DNA from: Minisyncoccota bacterium
GTDB lineage: Bacteria; Patescibacteriota; Minisyncoccia; Phycocordibacterales; DSPV01
Direction of reading: 5' to 3'
Length of the DNA stretch: 64,000 nucleotides
Assembly: GCA_041662545.1 (NCBI GenBank)
Contig: JBAZSH010000002.1
Coordinates: forward strand, 2,239-66,238
Under the pieces are notes generated by a model. The model ran no database searches. It had not been told where the DNA came from and saw nothing but the letters and a program-made list of their open reading frames with translations. The translations under genes were made by a program, and so were the position numbers. Shown here piece after piece: positions 54,325 through 64,000 of this stretch (positions are counted from its first letter, which is position 1; each line of letters opens with the position of its first letter).

Positions 54325-54996
54325 TTATTGAGTGATTAAGATAATAAAGCCGAGAATAATGAGGGCGACAGCACCCCAAATTTTGATGCCGGTGCGTTTA
54401 GTTTTTTTCCATTCTTCCACTTTGCCGTGTAATGCTTTATTACTTGCCAAGGCCAAGATTACCAGCAAAGGTGCGATGAAAATCAAATTATATATTATCA
54501 GATAACCCAGTCCTGACCAAAATGTTTCCTGATCATGAAGCAGGCCGAGCACTAAAAAATACGGGCCGCCGGTGCAAGGGAATTCATACATTGCCACAAG
54601 TAATCCTAAAACAAAAGCGGTGGGCACTGATGCTTTGGCCATAAGTGCCGCTATTTTTGGTTTAGCGCTGGTGGGAATTGTTAATTTGATAGGGAAGTTG
54701 GGGAAAATCTCGCCGGCGATATTTATTAAACCAAAGACAATTAAGATCAAGGCGCCGATTTTTGCCATTATGTGTGGTGCTCCAAAAGCCGTTAAGGTTT
54801 GAAGAATACCTAGACCGATAGAAATGTAGGCGATAAACACACCGAAAATATAAGTACCGCCAATAGCAAGAACTTTTTTCCTGCTGAAGCCCAAACTTAA
54901 CAAAAAACCAAGGGTGATTAACAAAACGGAAAAAGCGCAGGGATTAATGCTATCAATTGCCGCCGCGCCAATAATTACCCAAATCAAATGGTCCAT
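54325..54996 (-). CDS. CcdA/DsbD-type transmembrane disulfide transporter
   Basis: DSINPCAF and EFPCTGGPY; six hydrophobic segments. Confidence 0.8.
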   Translation of the reverse strand: MDHLIWVIIGAAAIDSINPCAFSVLLITLGFLLSLGFSRKKVLAIGGTYIFGVFIAYISIGLGILQTLTAFGAPHIMAKIGALILIVFGLINIAGEIFPNFPIKLTIPTSAKPKIAALMAKASVPTAFVLGLLVAMYEFPCTGGPYFLVLGLLHDQETFWSGLGYLIIYNLIFIAPLLVILALASNKALHGKVEEWKKTKRTGIKIWGAVALIILGFIILITQ

Positions 54997-55065
54997 AGTG
55001 AGGGAAACTATAACATAAATTAAAATAAATTGAGAATTGGTGAGTGGTGTGTTAACATTCGAAAT

Positions 55066-56262
55066 ATGAAAAGTCAAGAAGTTAAAAAAGTTTACCCTGA
55101 GCGAAGTCGAAGGGTTTTTGTCGGCCTCTCTGGTGGAGTTGATTCTTCTGTTTCTGCGGCTTTGCTAAAAAAAGCCGGTTATGAAGTGACCGGAGTTTTT
55201 ATCAAGGGTTGGCATCCGGATTGGGGTCCTTGTGGTTGGCAGGAAGATCGTTTGGACGCCATGCGGGTTTGTGCTCATTTGGGCATTCCTTTTTGTGATT
55301 TAGATTTGTCAAAGGAATACAAAAAAGAGGTGGTGGATTATATGATTGATGAATACAAAGTGGGCAGAACGCCAAACCCTGATGTGATGTGCAATCAGAA
55401 AATTAAATTCGGCGCGTTTTTTGATTGGGCATCGGCACAAGGCGCGAATTTTGTGGCGACAGGACACTATGCCCAAATTAAAAATTTGAAATTAAAAATT
55501 TCTAAAGATAAGAACAAAGACCAAACTTACTTTCTGTGGACACTTACGCAGAGAGAACTTTCACGGACGCTTTTTCCCGTTGGTGGTATGATCAAATCGG
55601 AAGTGCGTAAGTTGGCGAAAAAATTCGGTTTGCCAACGGCCGAGAAAAAAGATAGTCAAGGTTTGTGCTTCGTTGGCAAAGTAGATTTACCGGATTTTCT
55701 TTCACACTTTTTGAAGCCGAAACGCGGCGATGTTTTACTTGCCCCGAACGGAGTTGAGGGGGGTAAGGGTGGCACAAAAATCGGCTGGCACAAGGGCGTT
55801 TTCTTTCTGACCATAGGCCAACGGCACGGTTTTACTATTACCAAAAAGACCCCAAATGATTTGCCTTATTACATTGTTGCCAAAGATGTTAGAAAAAACA
55901 CTATCACGGTTTCTCATAAGCTCTTTCCCCAGAGGTCAGACCTTTCTCTGACTTCAAGGTCTGACCTCGCAAACTCTGTTGTCTTGCGCGATGTTAATTG
56001 GATTTCACCCATTTTTGATTTTAGAGGTCAGACCTCTAACTCTAGGAGAGGTCTGACCTCTCCTAACCTTTTTGCCAGATTTCGCTATCGCCAACCGCTT
56101 CAAGAAATTCATCTTAAGAATAAAAGGTTGAACCTTAAATCTGTAGAAAGGTTCAACCTTGAAATCCGATTTCAAAAACCTCAACCCGCCATCGCTCCCG
56201 GTCAGTCGCTAGTAATTTATTCTAAGACAGAAGAATGCCTCGGCGGCGGGATTATTGTATAA
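55066..56262 (+). CDS. mnmA: tRNA 2-thiouridylase MnmA
   Basis: SGGVDSSV, TPNPDVMCN, ATGHY, KDQTYFL, DSQGLCF, APGQS. Confidence 0.96.
   Translation: MKSQEVKKVYPERSRRVFVGLSGGVDSSVSAALLKKAGYEVTGVFIKGWHPDWGPCGWQEDRLDAMRVCAHLGIPFCDLDLSKEYKKEVVDYMIDEYKVGRTPNPDVMCNQKIKFGAFFDWASAQGANFVATGHYAQIKNLKLKISKDKNKDQTYFLWTLTQRELSRTLFPVGGMIKSEVRKLAKKFGLPTAEKKDSQGLCFVGKVDLPDFLSHFLKPKRGDVLLAPNGVEGGKGGTKIGWHKGVFFLTIGQRHGFTITKKTPNDLPYYIVAKDVRKNTITVSHKLFPQRSDLSLTSRSDLANSVVLRDVNWISPIFDFRGQTSNSRRGLTSPNLFARFRYRQPLQEIHLKNKRLNLKSVERFNLEIRFQKPQPAIAPGQSLVIYSKTEECLGGGIIV
55094..55115. repeat. 22-bp hairpin element in mnmA
   Basis: ACCCTGAGCGAAGTCGAAGGGT; reverse complement 21/22 identical to 61750-61771. Confidence 0.85.
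55932..56160. repeat. Three 37-bp double-palindrome elements in mnmA (55932-55968, 56024-56060, 56124-56160)
   Basis: Each is a 13-bp arm, 11-nt spacer and reverse-complement arm. Confidence 0.88.
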
Positions 56263-56269
56263 TATCCCC

Positions 56270-57106
56270 ATGTCTCAACAAGGAATTCTTATTACCAAAG
56301 CCAATGGCAAAATGGAGCCGTTTGATTATCGTAAGTTGGAAAATTCGCTGAAAAGATCCGGTGCTTCTTCACCGCTGGCCCAAAAAATTTCTACTAAGGT
56401 TGAACGAGAAATCCACGAAGGAGCTAGCACCGGTTTGATTTATCAGCGTGCCCATCGACTTTTGAACGAAACCGAGAGGCCTTCGGCCGCGCGATATTCT
56501 CTGCGTCGCGCCTTGCTTGGTATGGGACCCACTGGTTTTCCTTTTGAAAAATTCGTTGCCCAAATTTTCAAAACTAAAGGTTTCAATGTTCTGAATGACC
56601 AGATGGTCAAAGGCAATTGCGCCGAACACGAGGTGGATGTGGTGGCTTGGAATAAAGAAAAGTTGCTGATGGCCGAGTTGAAATTTCATAATCAAATTGG
56701 CGAGAAGAGCGATTTGAAAGTTGCGCTTTATGTCAAAGCTCGTTTTGATGATTTGCTTGACCAATATTTTGATTACGGCCGGCGGCGGCTGTTGGATGAG
56801 GGTTGGTTGATTACCAATACTAAGTTTAGTAAGAATGCTATTAATTATGGTATGTGCGCTAAGTTGGCGATGATTGGTTGGAGTTATCCGGCCACAGGTA
56901 ATTTACAAGAATTGATTGAAAGCGCCCGGTTGCATCCAATTACTTGTCTAACTACTTTAAGTATGACCGAGAAACAGAATCTTTTGACCAACGGTGTGGT
57001 GCTCTGCCAAGAAGTAAAGGCTGATGCTGGTCCCTTGAAATTTGTCGGTTTAAATGACGAAAAGGTTAAAATAGTGCGTGATGAAGCGGCGCTCTTGTGC
57101 GAATAA
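56270..57106 (+). CDS. ATP-cone plus restriction endonuclease-like protein
   Basis: ITKANGKMEPFD..KL..SL; GFPFEKFVA, HEVDVVA, ELKFHN. Confidence 0.8.
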   Translation: MSQQGILITKANGKMEPFDYRKLENSLKRSGASSPLAQKISTKVEREIHEGASTGLIYQRAHRLLNETERPSAARYSLRRALLGMGPTGFPFEKFVAQIFKTKGFNVLNDQMVKGNCAEHEVDVVAWNKEKLLMAELKFHNQIGEKSDLKVALYVKARFDDLLDQYFDYGRRRLLDEGWLITNTKFSKNAINYGMCAKLAMIGWSYPATGNLQELIESARLHPITCLTTLSMTEKQNLLTNGVVLCQEVKADAGPLKFVGLNDEKVKIVRDEAALLCE

Positions 57107-57153
57107 GGGACTTGCGCTATATTGCCAAAGGAATTATTAAATAGAAAAAAATT

Positions 57154-57711
57154 ATGAACGATTTCAATAAAAACAAGAATTTACCTTACAATCCGCCGGT
57201 CCAGCCGATGGAGGCGAAGAGCGAGACGAGTACTTACATCGTGATTGCCATTATTGCTTTTGCCCTAGGTTTGGGTAGTGGTTGGCTTTGGACAAAGAAA
57301 AATGTCGAACCGGTGGATGGAACAAAAAATGATAAAACCACTGAAGTCACTGATAAAACGACAGGCCAAACACCAACTGGCGATTTGGTTACTGGCAACT
57401 CAATTTTAGTGAAAGACCAAACTGCTGGCATTGAGGTGGCGGTGGAACAAGTGGTTTTGACCAATATGGCTTGGGTGGTGGTGCGCGAGGATGATGGTGT
57501 CGGTGCACCGGGTAAAATTTTGGGCGCGCAACTTTTTGAAGTTGGTGTTGGCACAGGCAATGTAGAATTATTGCGAGGGACTGAAGCTGGTGGGACTTAT
57601 TACGCAATGATTTATTCTGACAACGGCGACCGCGCTTTTGATCCAAAATTAGACGCACCAATTCTTGATGGCATTAGCCAACCAATAATCGCAACATTCA
57701 AAGTTAATTGA
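57154..57711 (+). CDS. Membrane-anchored exported hypothetical protein
   Basis: Single TM, Thr-rich linker, VKDQ..G, WVVVRED, YYAMIYSDNGD. Confidence 0.65.
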   Translation: MNDFNKNKNLPYNPPVQPMEAKSETSTYIVIAIIAFALGLGSGWLWTKKNVEPVDGTKNDKTTEVTDKTTGQTPTGDLVTGNSILVKDQTAGIEVAVEQVVLTNMAWVVVREDDGVGAPGKILGAQLFEVGVGTGNVELLRGTEAGGTYYAMIYSDNGDRAFDPKLDAPILDGISQPIIATFKVN

Positions 57712-57733
57712 GATTCTGTGATAGAATGGCGGT

Positions 57734-58546
57734 ATGGCGATTTATACTAAATTTAAGAGCCGGAACTTTGAACCGGAGGCAAAAGAGCCGTTCAAAATTT
57801 CGCGTTCAAAAATTGATTTGTTTTGGGAATGTCCCCGCTGTTTTTATCTTGACCGGCGATTGGGGATTAAACGGCCATCAATGCCGGCTTTTACTTTGAA
57901 CTCGGCGGTGGACTATTTGCTCAAAAAAGAATTTGATATTCATCGGGCGGAAAAAGAGGCGCATCCCTTGATGAAAAAATACAAAATTAGCGCAATACCT
58001 TTCCAGCATCCTGATTTGGAAAAATGGCGGCACAATTTTACTGGTATCAGGTTTGTCCATGAGCCGACCAATCTTTTGGTGTTCGGCGCGGTTGATGATG
58101 TTTGGATTGACGATAAAAATGAATTGCACATTGTGGATTATAAAGCGACTTCCAAGGACCAAATCATTGATGAATTAGCCGACACTCGTTGGCACGACCA
58201 ATATCGTCGACAAATGGAAATTTATCAATGGTTGTTTCGGCAGAATGGCTTTAAGGTTTCCGACACCGGTTATTTTGTTTATGTTAACGCTTACAAAGAC
58301 CGAGCGGCTTTTGATGGTAAACTGGAATTTGATGTGCGAATTATTGCCTACAAAGGTGACGATAGTTGGGTGGGAGAAATTTTGGTGAACGCTAAAAAAT
58401 GTCTAATGTCGGAAAAAATTCCCGAAGCAGGTGAACTCTGTGAATATTGCCCTTACCGCGAAGCGGCCGGCAAAGCATTCAAAGAAAAAGTTTTGAAAAA
58501 GCCCGTCGTTGAAAAACTAGCCAAAAACTCCAACACGCTTTTTTAG
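57734..58546 (+). CDS. PD-(D/E)XK nuclease (RecB/Cas4-like)
   Basis: CPRCFY, GAVDD, IVDYKAT, QMEIY, CEYCPY. Confidence 0.85.
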   Translation: MAIYTKFKSRNFEPEAKEPFKISRSKIDLFWECPRCFYLDRRLGIKRPSMPAFTLNSAVDYLLKKEFDIHRAEKEAHPLMKKYKISAIPFQHPDLEKWRHNFTGIRFVHEPTNLLVFGAVDDVWIDDKNELHIVDYKATSKDQIIDELADTRWHDQYRRQMEIYQWLFRQNGFKVSDTGYFVYVNAYKDRAAFDGKLEFDVRIIAYKGDDSWVGEILVNAKKCLMSEKIPEAGELCEYCPYREAAGKAFKEKVLKKPVVEKLAKNSNTLF

Positions 58547-58574
58547 AAGCGCGGTTGATGCTACAATAAAAGTG

Positions 58575-58904
58575 ATGACTTTTGAGGAATATCAAAAAAA
58601 GTCGAGGAAAACCGCTAAATATCCAAAGATTGGAGCTAGTTTTGTTTATCCTACATTAGGTTTTGCTGGTGAATCTGGGGAAGTAGTGGAAAAAATAAAA
58701 AAGATTTTTCGTGATGACAAAGGTAAAGTAACAGCAGAAAAGAAAAAAGAAATTGAGAAAGAGCTCGGTGATGTTTTGTGGTATTTAAGCCAAATCGCAA
58801 CTGAGCTCGGCTTATCTCTTGATAAAATTGCTTCTGGAAATATTGAGAAACTTTATTCACGCCTCGCTCGCGGAAAAATTCACGGGAGCGGAGATAATAG
58901 ATAA
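58575..58904 (+). CDS. MazG-like NTP pyrophosphohydrolase
   Basis: GESGEVVEKIKK, ELGDVLWY, GSGDNR. Confidence 0.88.
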   Translation: MTFEEYQKKSRKTAKYPKIGASFVYPTLGFAGESGEVVEKIKKIFRDDKGKVTAEKKKEIEKELGDVLWYLSQIATELGLSLDKIASGNIEKLYSRLARGKIHGSGDNR

Positions 58905-58908
58905 AAAT

Positions 58909-60378
58909 ATGGCGACGCTTGAAGAAATAAGAAAAAATCGTTTGGAGAAATTGACCGCGTTGAGAAAACAGGGAATTGAACCATATCCGATTTCAGCGAG
59001 CACCGAAAGGCGACAGCTGGCTGATGTGGTAGAAAATTTTTCTAAATACGAAAAAGAAAAAGAAATTATTATCGTCGGTAGGATCATGGCGATTCGTGGC
59101 CAAGGTGGTTTAACTTTCTTTACGCTGGTTGACGGCACAGGAAAATTTCAAGGACTTTTGAAAAAAGATGAGAGCGGCGAAGTTCCCTGCCAGTCGTTTG
59201 TTGATTTTGCTGACATCGGAGATTTTATTGAAGCGGGCGGCACGCTTTTTACTACCAAACGCGGCGAAAAAACTTTGCTGGTAAAAAATTGGCGGATGCT
59301 TTCAAAAAGTTTATTACCTTTGCCAGAAAAGTGGCACGGTCTTCAGGATACCGAAGCTCGCTACCGTCATCGCTATTTGGATTTGCTTTTGAATTCTGAT
59401 TTGCGAGAACTTTTTGTTCGCAAGGCGAAATTTTGGGAAGCGACCCGGGACTTTTTGAAACAACGCGGTTTTTTGGAAGTGGAAACGCCGTCGTTGGAAG
59501 TTACTACCGGTGGTGCTGAAGCTCGGCCGTTTAAAACGCATCACAATGATTTTGATTTAGATTTATTTTTGCGTATCTCGGTTGGTGAGCTTTGGCAAAA
59601 AAGATTGCTTGCCGGCGGTTTTGAAAAGACTTTTGAGATTGGTAAAGTTTATCGCAATGAAGGCACTAGTGCCGAACATTTGCAAGAATTTACCAATATG
59701 GAATTTTATTGGGCTTATGTTGGCGCTAAAGAAGGAATGAGACTTTGTCGCGAACTTTATATTGACATTGCCCAGAAAGTTTTTGGTAAGACGAAATTTG
59801 AAACGCGTGGTTTTGAATTTGATTTAGCGGATGAGTGGTCACTTATTGATTACGCTGAAGAAATAAAAAAACAGACTGGTGTGGATATTGATAAAGCGTC
59901 GGAAGCGGAAATCAAAAAGAAGTTAGATGAATTGGGTGTCGCCTATAAAGGTGAAAATCGCGAACGGCTTTTGGATACTTTGTGGAAACATTGTCGCAAG
60001 ACCATCGCTGGTCCAGCTTTTCTTGTCGGTCATCCGAAAATTGTCGCACCGCTTTCTAAATCAAATCCTCAAGCGCCGGAAAAAACTGAAATGTTCCAGC
60101 CGATTATTGCCGGCAGTGAAGTGGGTCGGGGCTATTCGGAATTGAACGATCCCATTGACCAGCAGGCACGTTTTGACGAGCAGAAAAAACTTTTGGCAGC
60201 AGGGGATGAAGAGGCGATGATGCCGGACGAAGAGTTTGTGGAAATGTTGGAATACGGAATGCCACCGGCTTGCGGTTTCGGTTTTGGTGAACGACTTTTT
60301 GCTATTTTAGAAAACAAATCAGTTCGCGAAACCCAACTTTTTCCTCTGATGCGGCCAAAATTAAGTGAAAAATTATGA
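58909..60378 (+). CDS. lysS: Lysine--tRNA ligase (class II)
   Basis: LPEKWHGL, GGAEARPF, YRNEG, SELNDP, YGMPP; start moved to ATG 58909. Confidence 0.96.
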   Translation: MATLEEIRKNRLEKLTALRKQGIEPYPISASTERRQLADVVENFSKYEKEKEIIIVGRIMAIRGQGGLTFFTLVDGTGKFQGLLKKDESGEVPCQSFVDFADIGDFIEAGGTLFTTKRGEKTLLVKNWRMLSKSLLPLPEKWHGLQDTEARYRHRYLDLLLNSDLRELFVRKAKFWEATRDFLKQRGFLEVETPSLEVTTGGAEARPFKTHHNDFDLDLFLRISVGELWQKRLLAGGFEKTFEIGKVYRNEGTSAEHLQEFTNMEFYWAYVGAKEGMRLCRELYIDIAQKVFGKTKFETRGFEFDLADEWSLIDYAEEIKKQTGVDIDKASEAEIKKKLDELGVAYKGENRERLLDTLWKHCRKTIAGPAFLVGHPKIVAPLSKSNPQAPEKTEMFQPIIAGSEVGRGYSELNDPIDQQARFDEQKKLLAAGDEEAMMPDEEFVEMLEYGMPPACGFGFGERLFAILENKSVRETQLFPLMRPKLSEKL

Positions 60379-60683
60379 AATACGAAAAACTCGTTCGTGA
60401 TAAAGTCCCTGAACACATTCGCAGTAAAGGTGAGAATCCAATCACACATATCGCGGAAAGCATGGAGTATTGGCAGAAATTAAAAGACAAACTACTTGAA
60501 GAAGCAAAAGAATTCAACGCCGATGAAAGCTCGGAAGAGTTTGCTGATTTGCTTGAGGTAATTGATGCCATTGCTAAATACAAGGGGTTCAAGATGGACG
60601 AGATTGAAAGAATTAAAGAAGAAAAAGCGAGAAATAAAGGAAGATTCAATGACAGAATAATTCTGGACGAAACAAAGGAGTGA
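60375..60683 (+). CDS. Phosphoribosyl-ATP pyrophosphohydrolase-like (MazG fold) protein
   Basis: KLVRDKVPE, KLLEEAKE, EEFADLLEV, KGRF. Confidence 0.8.
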   Translation: MKYEKLVRDKVPEHIRSKGENPITHIAESMEYWQKLKDKLLEEAKEFNADESSEEFADLLEVIDAIAKYKGFKMDEIERIKEEKARNKGRFNDRIILDETKE

Positions 60684-60702
60684 AATGTGATATAGTGCGG
60701 TT

Positions 60703-61683
60703 ATGAATCTTGGATTTTGGGGAAAACTTCAGCCCAAGGCTGACCCGCCTAGGGCGGGAAAAAAACCGATAATTTGCCAGGCGCCGATGGCTGATGTCAC
60801 CGACGCAGCTTTTCGGCAAATGATTGCGAAATACGGAAAACCTGATGTGATGTGGACTGAATTTATTTCAGCCGATGGCTTATGTTCGGTGGGAAAAAAG
60901 AAATTGCTTCACCTTTTGAAATTTAGCGAAAAAGAGCGGCCGATTGTTGCTCAGCTTTTTGGCGCCAAACCAGAAACGATGCGTTGCGCCGCCGCCCTCG
61001 TAGTAAAGCTTGGTTTTGATGGCATAGATATCAATATGGGCTGTCCCGATCGGGCGGTGGAAAAACAAGGCGGCGGCGCGGCTTTAATAAAGAATCCAAA
61101 ATTGGCCCGTGAAATTATTCGCGCCGCGAAAGCAGGCGTGGAATCCTCTGATCGGCGGATACCAGTGTCAGTAAAAACTCGCATCGGTTACAACAAGAAC
61201 GAGTTGGCTTCGTGGCTTCCAGAACTTCTCGCCGAAAATCTAGCGGCGATAATTATTCACACCCGAACGCGTAAGGAACTTTCTAATGTGCCGGCTCGCT
61301 GGGAACACATTCGCGAAGCAGTGGCGATTCGCAATCAATTAAAAAGCAAAACTTTAATTATCGGTAATGGTGATGTTGCTGATTTGACGGACGCTTATGA
61401 AAAAGTAAAAATGAGCGGTGCTGATGGGATAATGATTGGGCGAGCGTTTTTTGGTAAACCTTGGTTGCTCTCTGATTTTTCAAGTTTGAATCTTTCCATC
61501 TTGTTAGAACACACTAAACTTTTTAATAAGCTTTTGGGTAAACACAAAAATTTCGCGGTAATGAAAAAACATTTTAAGGCCTATATTAACGGTTTTTCCG
61601 GCGCTAAAGAATTGCGCATTAAACTAATGGCCACCAAAAATGTCGCGGAAGTGGAGGAAATATTAAAAACATGGAACCACTAG
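60703..61683 (+). CDS. tRNA-dihydrouridine synthase
   Basis: APMADVTD, QLFG, DINMGCP, SVKTRIG, GNGD, MIGR. Confidence 0.92.
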   Translation: MNLGFWGKLQPKADPPRAGKKPIICQAPMADVTDAAFRQMIAKYGKPDVMWTEFISADGLCSVGKKKLLHLLKFSEKERPIVAQLFGAKPETMRCAAALVVKLGFDGIDINMGCPDRAVEKQGGGAALIKNPKLAREIIRAAKAGVESSDRRIPVSVKTRIGYNKNELASWLPELLAENLAAIIIHTRTRKELSNVPARWEHIREAVAIRNQLKSKTLIIGNGDVADLTDAYEKVKMSGADGIMIGRAFFGKPWLLSDFSSLNLSILLEHTKLFNKLLGKHKNFAVMKKHFKAYINGFSGAKELRIKLMATKNVAEVEEILKTWNH

Positions 61684-62840
61684 CGTCAAAAATTAGGCCT
61701 AAATCATTGAAAGAGTTTGTTGGCCAAGAACATTTGGTTGGCGTCGGTAACCCTTCGACTTCGCTCAGGGCAGGACCACTTTATACAGCGATTCGCGCTC
61801 GGCATCTTTTTTCTTTTATTCTTTGGGGTCCGCCCGGGGTGGGGAAAACCACCTTAGCGAAAATTTATGCCAAAGCACTGGATGCCAAACTCTGGGAATT
61901 ATCCGCGGTTTCCGCCGGCAAAGATGACATTAAAAAAATCGTGAATGAAGCTGATACAGTTTTTGACCAACGCCCGAAACTTTTATTTTTGGATGAAATC
62001 CACCGTTTCAACAAAGCCCAGCAAGATTTTCTTTTACCTTTTGTGGAGAGTGGCAAGTTAACTTTAATTGGGGCCACCACTGAAAACCCAAGTTTTGAAG
62101 TAATTTCACCATTGTTATCTCGTTGTCGAGTTTTCGTTTTAAAAGCTCTCTCTGAAGCGGAAATCAAAAAAATTATTAGACAGACAAAAATCGTTATGCC
62201 GAAAAATGCTTTGGATTGGCTGGCGGTAATGGCCAATGGCGATGCCCGGATTGCTATTACTGTTTTGGAAAATACCCAGCAACTTTACAAAAAAATAACA
62301 GTGGACACTTTGAAAGAAACTTTGCAAAACGCCTTCATTCGTTTTGATAAAAAAGGCGACGAGCACTACGATACAATTTCAGCTTTCATAAAAAGTATGC
62401 GCGCCAGCGATGCTGACGCGGCGATTTATTATTTGGCGCGGATGATTGAGGGTGGTGAAGATCCAAAATTTATCGCTCGGCGGATGGTAATTTTTGCTTC
62501 GGAAGATATTGGTTTGGCTCAACCAACGGCGCTGGTGGTGGCCAATGAAGTTTTTGAAGCAGTGGAGAAAATCGTTTTGCCGGAATGCGCCATAAATTTA
62601 GCGCACGGCGTTGCTTATTTGGCTTTGGCCAAAAAAGATCGTAGCGCTTATGATGCTCTCCGCGCCGCCCAAGAAGATATTCATAAACTCGGCAATCTCC
62701 CGATTCCTTTAAAAATCCGCAATGCCCCAACCAAACTTATGAAAGAACTTGGTTATGGCACTGGTTATGAGAAATATTCCAAGGAAAGCAATCTGCCGGA
62801 AAAAATTAAAGGAAAAAAGTATTTGCGTCGTCGGGGTTGA
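61671..62840 (+). CDS. rarA: Replication-associated recombination protein A
   Basis: GPPGVGKTT, DEIHRFNKAQQD, ATTENP, ISAFIKSMR, ASEDIG. Confidence 0.95.
   Translation: MEPLASKIRPKSLKEFVGQEHLVGVGNPSTSLRAGPLYTAIRARHLFSFILWGPPGVGKTTLAKIYAKALDAKLWELSAVSAGKDDIKKIVNEADTVFDQRPKLLFLDEIHRFNKAQQDFLLPFVESGKLTLIGATTENPSFEVISPLLSRCRVFVLKALSEAEIKKIIRQTKIVMPKNALDWLAVMANGDARIAITVLENTQQLYKKITVDTLKETLQNAFIRFDKKGDEHYDTISAFIKSMRASDADAAIYYLARMIEGGEDPKFIARRMVIFASEDIGLAQPTALVVANEVFEAVEKIVLPECAINLAHGVAYLALAKKDRSAYDALRAAQEDIHKLGNLPIPLKIRNAPTKLMKELGYGTGYEKYSKESNLPEKIKGKKYLRRRG
61750..61771. repeat. 22-bp hairpin element in rarA
   Basis: ACCCTTCGACTTCGCTCAGGGC, read as part of PSTSLRAG. Confidence 0.85.
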
Positions 62841-62890
62841 CAAAAATCTTGATTTGAATTATATTTTTTCTAGAAAGGAGGTGAGGTTAA

Positions 62891-63268
62891 ATGTTTCGCA
62901 AAATGCCAAGAAAACGCCGACGATTTAATAAGCGCCAGGCGATGGTTTGTGGTTCTGCTCTCGGGTTGATACTTGAAGACGAGGTTGAGACCTATTTGAA
63001 AGAATTGCTCGCTGGTGGTTTTATAGCAAGTTATGTGCGACATAGTCGTCATTCACTTGAAGATTGTTCCGGAAGGGATTTTACGGTGGGGAAACAAGTT
63101 AGGGGAATACTGGTTTATGTTTCTTTTGGAGTTACAATTTCAGCTGAAAGATGCCTTCGGAGTAGGGACTTACATTGGCCCGTTCCCCAGTTTTGGTTTC
63201 CAATTTGGACAGATAAGACGTTAATTGTCAAGACTATTTTGGATCTATTCAAGCCGTTATCGGTTTGA
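62891..63268 (+). CDS. Orphan hypothetical protein
   Basis: TTGACA-17-TATATT promoter and AAGGAGGTG SD; weak PD-(D/E)XK-like pattern. Confidence 0.6.
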   Translation: MFRKMPRKRRRFNKRQAMVCGSALGLILEDEVETYLKELLAGGFIASYVRHSRHSLEDCSGRDFTVGKQVRGILVYVSFGVTISAERCLRSRDLHWPVPQFWFPIWTDKTLIVKTILDLFKPLSV

Positions 63269-64000
63269 ACTTGGACCCTGACCTTGTGTCAGGGTCCATA
63301 TTTTTTTGAAATTATTTGGTAAAAACCAGTGAATGTTTTTATCTTTTTTAAACCAAGTCATTTGTCTTTTGGCATAGCGCCAGATTTCAGTGAAGAGTTT
63401 TTCAATCATTTCTTCTTTGGATCCGTCAGTCGGCGGATTATTTTTGAGATATTTCGCAAGATAACGGTATTCCAAACCAAGTTCGTTCATTCGTTTCCAT
63501 GATAAACCCTGCTGATGTAATTTTTCTGCTTCAGCGATCATTCCTTGTTTCAAGCGCGCAAGTAGGCGAGTGCGAATTTTTTTCTTCAATTTTTCCGGCG
63601 GTAAAGTTAAGCCAATTTTTATGACTTTAAAAGGTTGAACCTTGGATCTGAAAAAAGGTTCAACCTTTATTTCTTTTTCTTTTGATAAGGCGACCTCTAT
63701 TGCCCGAATTAAACGGCGGGGATTGTGGTGGTCAATTTTTTCTGCCCGCGCCGGGTCCAGTTTTTTTAACATTTCAAAAAGTTCGCTGGCCGATTTTTTT
63801 GCCAATTGGGCGCGAAGTTTTGGATTGGGTGGCGCGGGCGCCAATTCAATTTCGCCAAGCAGGGCAGAAATATAAAAACCAGTGCCACCGCAAATTATGG
63901 GAGTGTGGCCGCGTGAAAAAATCGCGGCGATTTTTTCACGCCCTAATCTGACAAAATCAGCAGCAGAAAATTGTTTTTTTGGATTAGCAACATCCAAGAG
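63257..64000 (-). CDS. miaA: tRNA dimethylallyltransferase, 5' end outside window
   Basis: GGTGFY, NPRRLIRAIEV, GLEYR, YAKRQMTWF. Confidence 0.95.
   Translation of the reverse strand, partial: LLDVANPKKQFSAADFVRLGREKIAAIFSRGHTPIICGGTGFYISALLGEIELAPAPPNPKLRAQLAKKSASELFEMLKKLDPARAEKIDHHNPRRLIRAIEVALSKEKEIKVEPFFRSKVQPFKVIKIGLTLPPEKLKKKIRTRLLARLKQGMIAEAEKLHQQGLSWKRMNELGLEYRYLAKYLKNNPPTDGSKEEMIEKLFTEIWRYAKRQMTWFKKDKNIHWFLPNNFKKIWTLTQGQGPSSNR
63631..63667. repeat. 37-bp double-palindrome element inside miaA
   Basis: Identical to 13242-13278, but opposite in orientation relative to the host gene. Confidence 0.9.

Noticed and set aside
57734-58546. Cas4 of a CRISPR system
   Set aside because: Solo PD-(D/E)XK nuclease among housekeeping genes

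Overview
Fragment of a small-genome bacterium, most likely Patescibacteria (CPR), Parcubacteria-like. This is an inference from gene content (CPR-type pilin cluster, PaaX/Cas2-like and DUF5671-like genes, unlinked intron-bearing 23S); TGA is read as stop. Core segments (about 1-23 kb and 45-64 kb) carry infB, a stand-alone 23S-5S rRNA unit with a 313-nt group I intron, rodA, gatCA, type IV pilin genes, ligA, ppsA, tRNA-Leu, secA, ychF, rnpB, leuS, mltG, mnmA, lysS, dus, rarA and miaA. An accessory region (about 23-45 kb) holds two membrane histidine kinases, an alpha-oxoamine synthase and many small-molecule or nucleotide-modifying enzymes. Most notable observations: (1) two convergent expression units share a near-identical 92-bp promoter-hairpin-boxA leader and homologous terminators around unrelated cargo genes; (2) a 37-bp double-palindrome element and other short repeats sit inside open reading frames of housekeeping genes (ligA, mnmA x3, miaA); (3) the group I intron ends in A rather than omega-G; (4) an orphan promoter-structure-terminator RNA lies behind secA; (5) a membrane protein joins SH3-like repeats to a HEPN-like domain; (6) a PaaX/Cas2-like gene is bracketed by palindromic direct repeats; (7) leaderless gene starts are pervasive. 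All calls come from reading motifs by eye; no database search was run.
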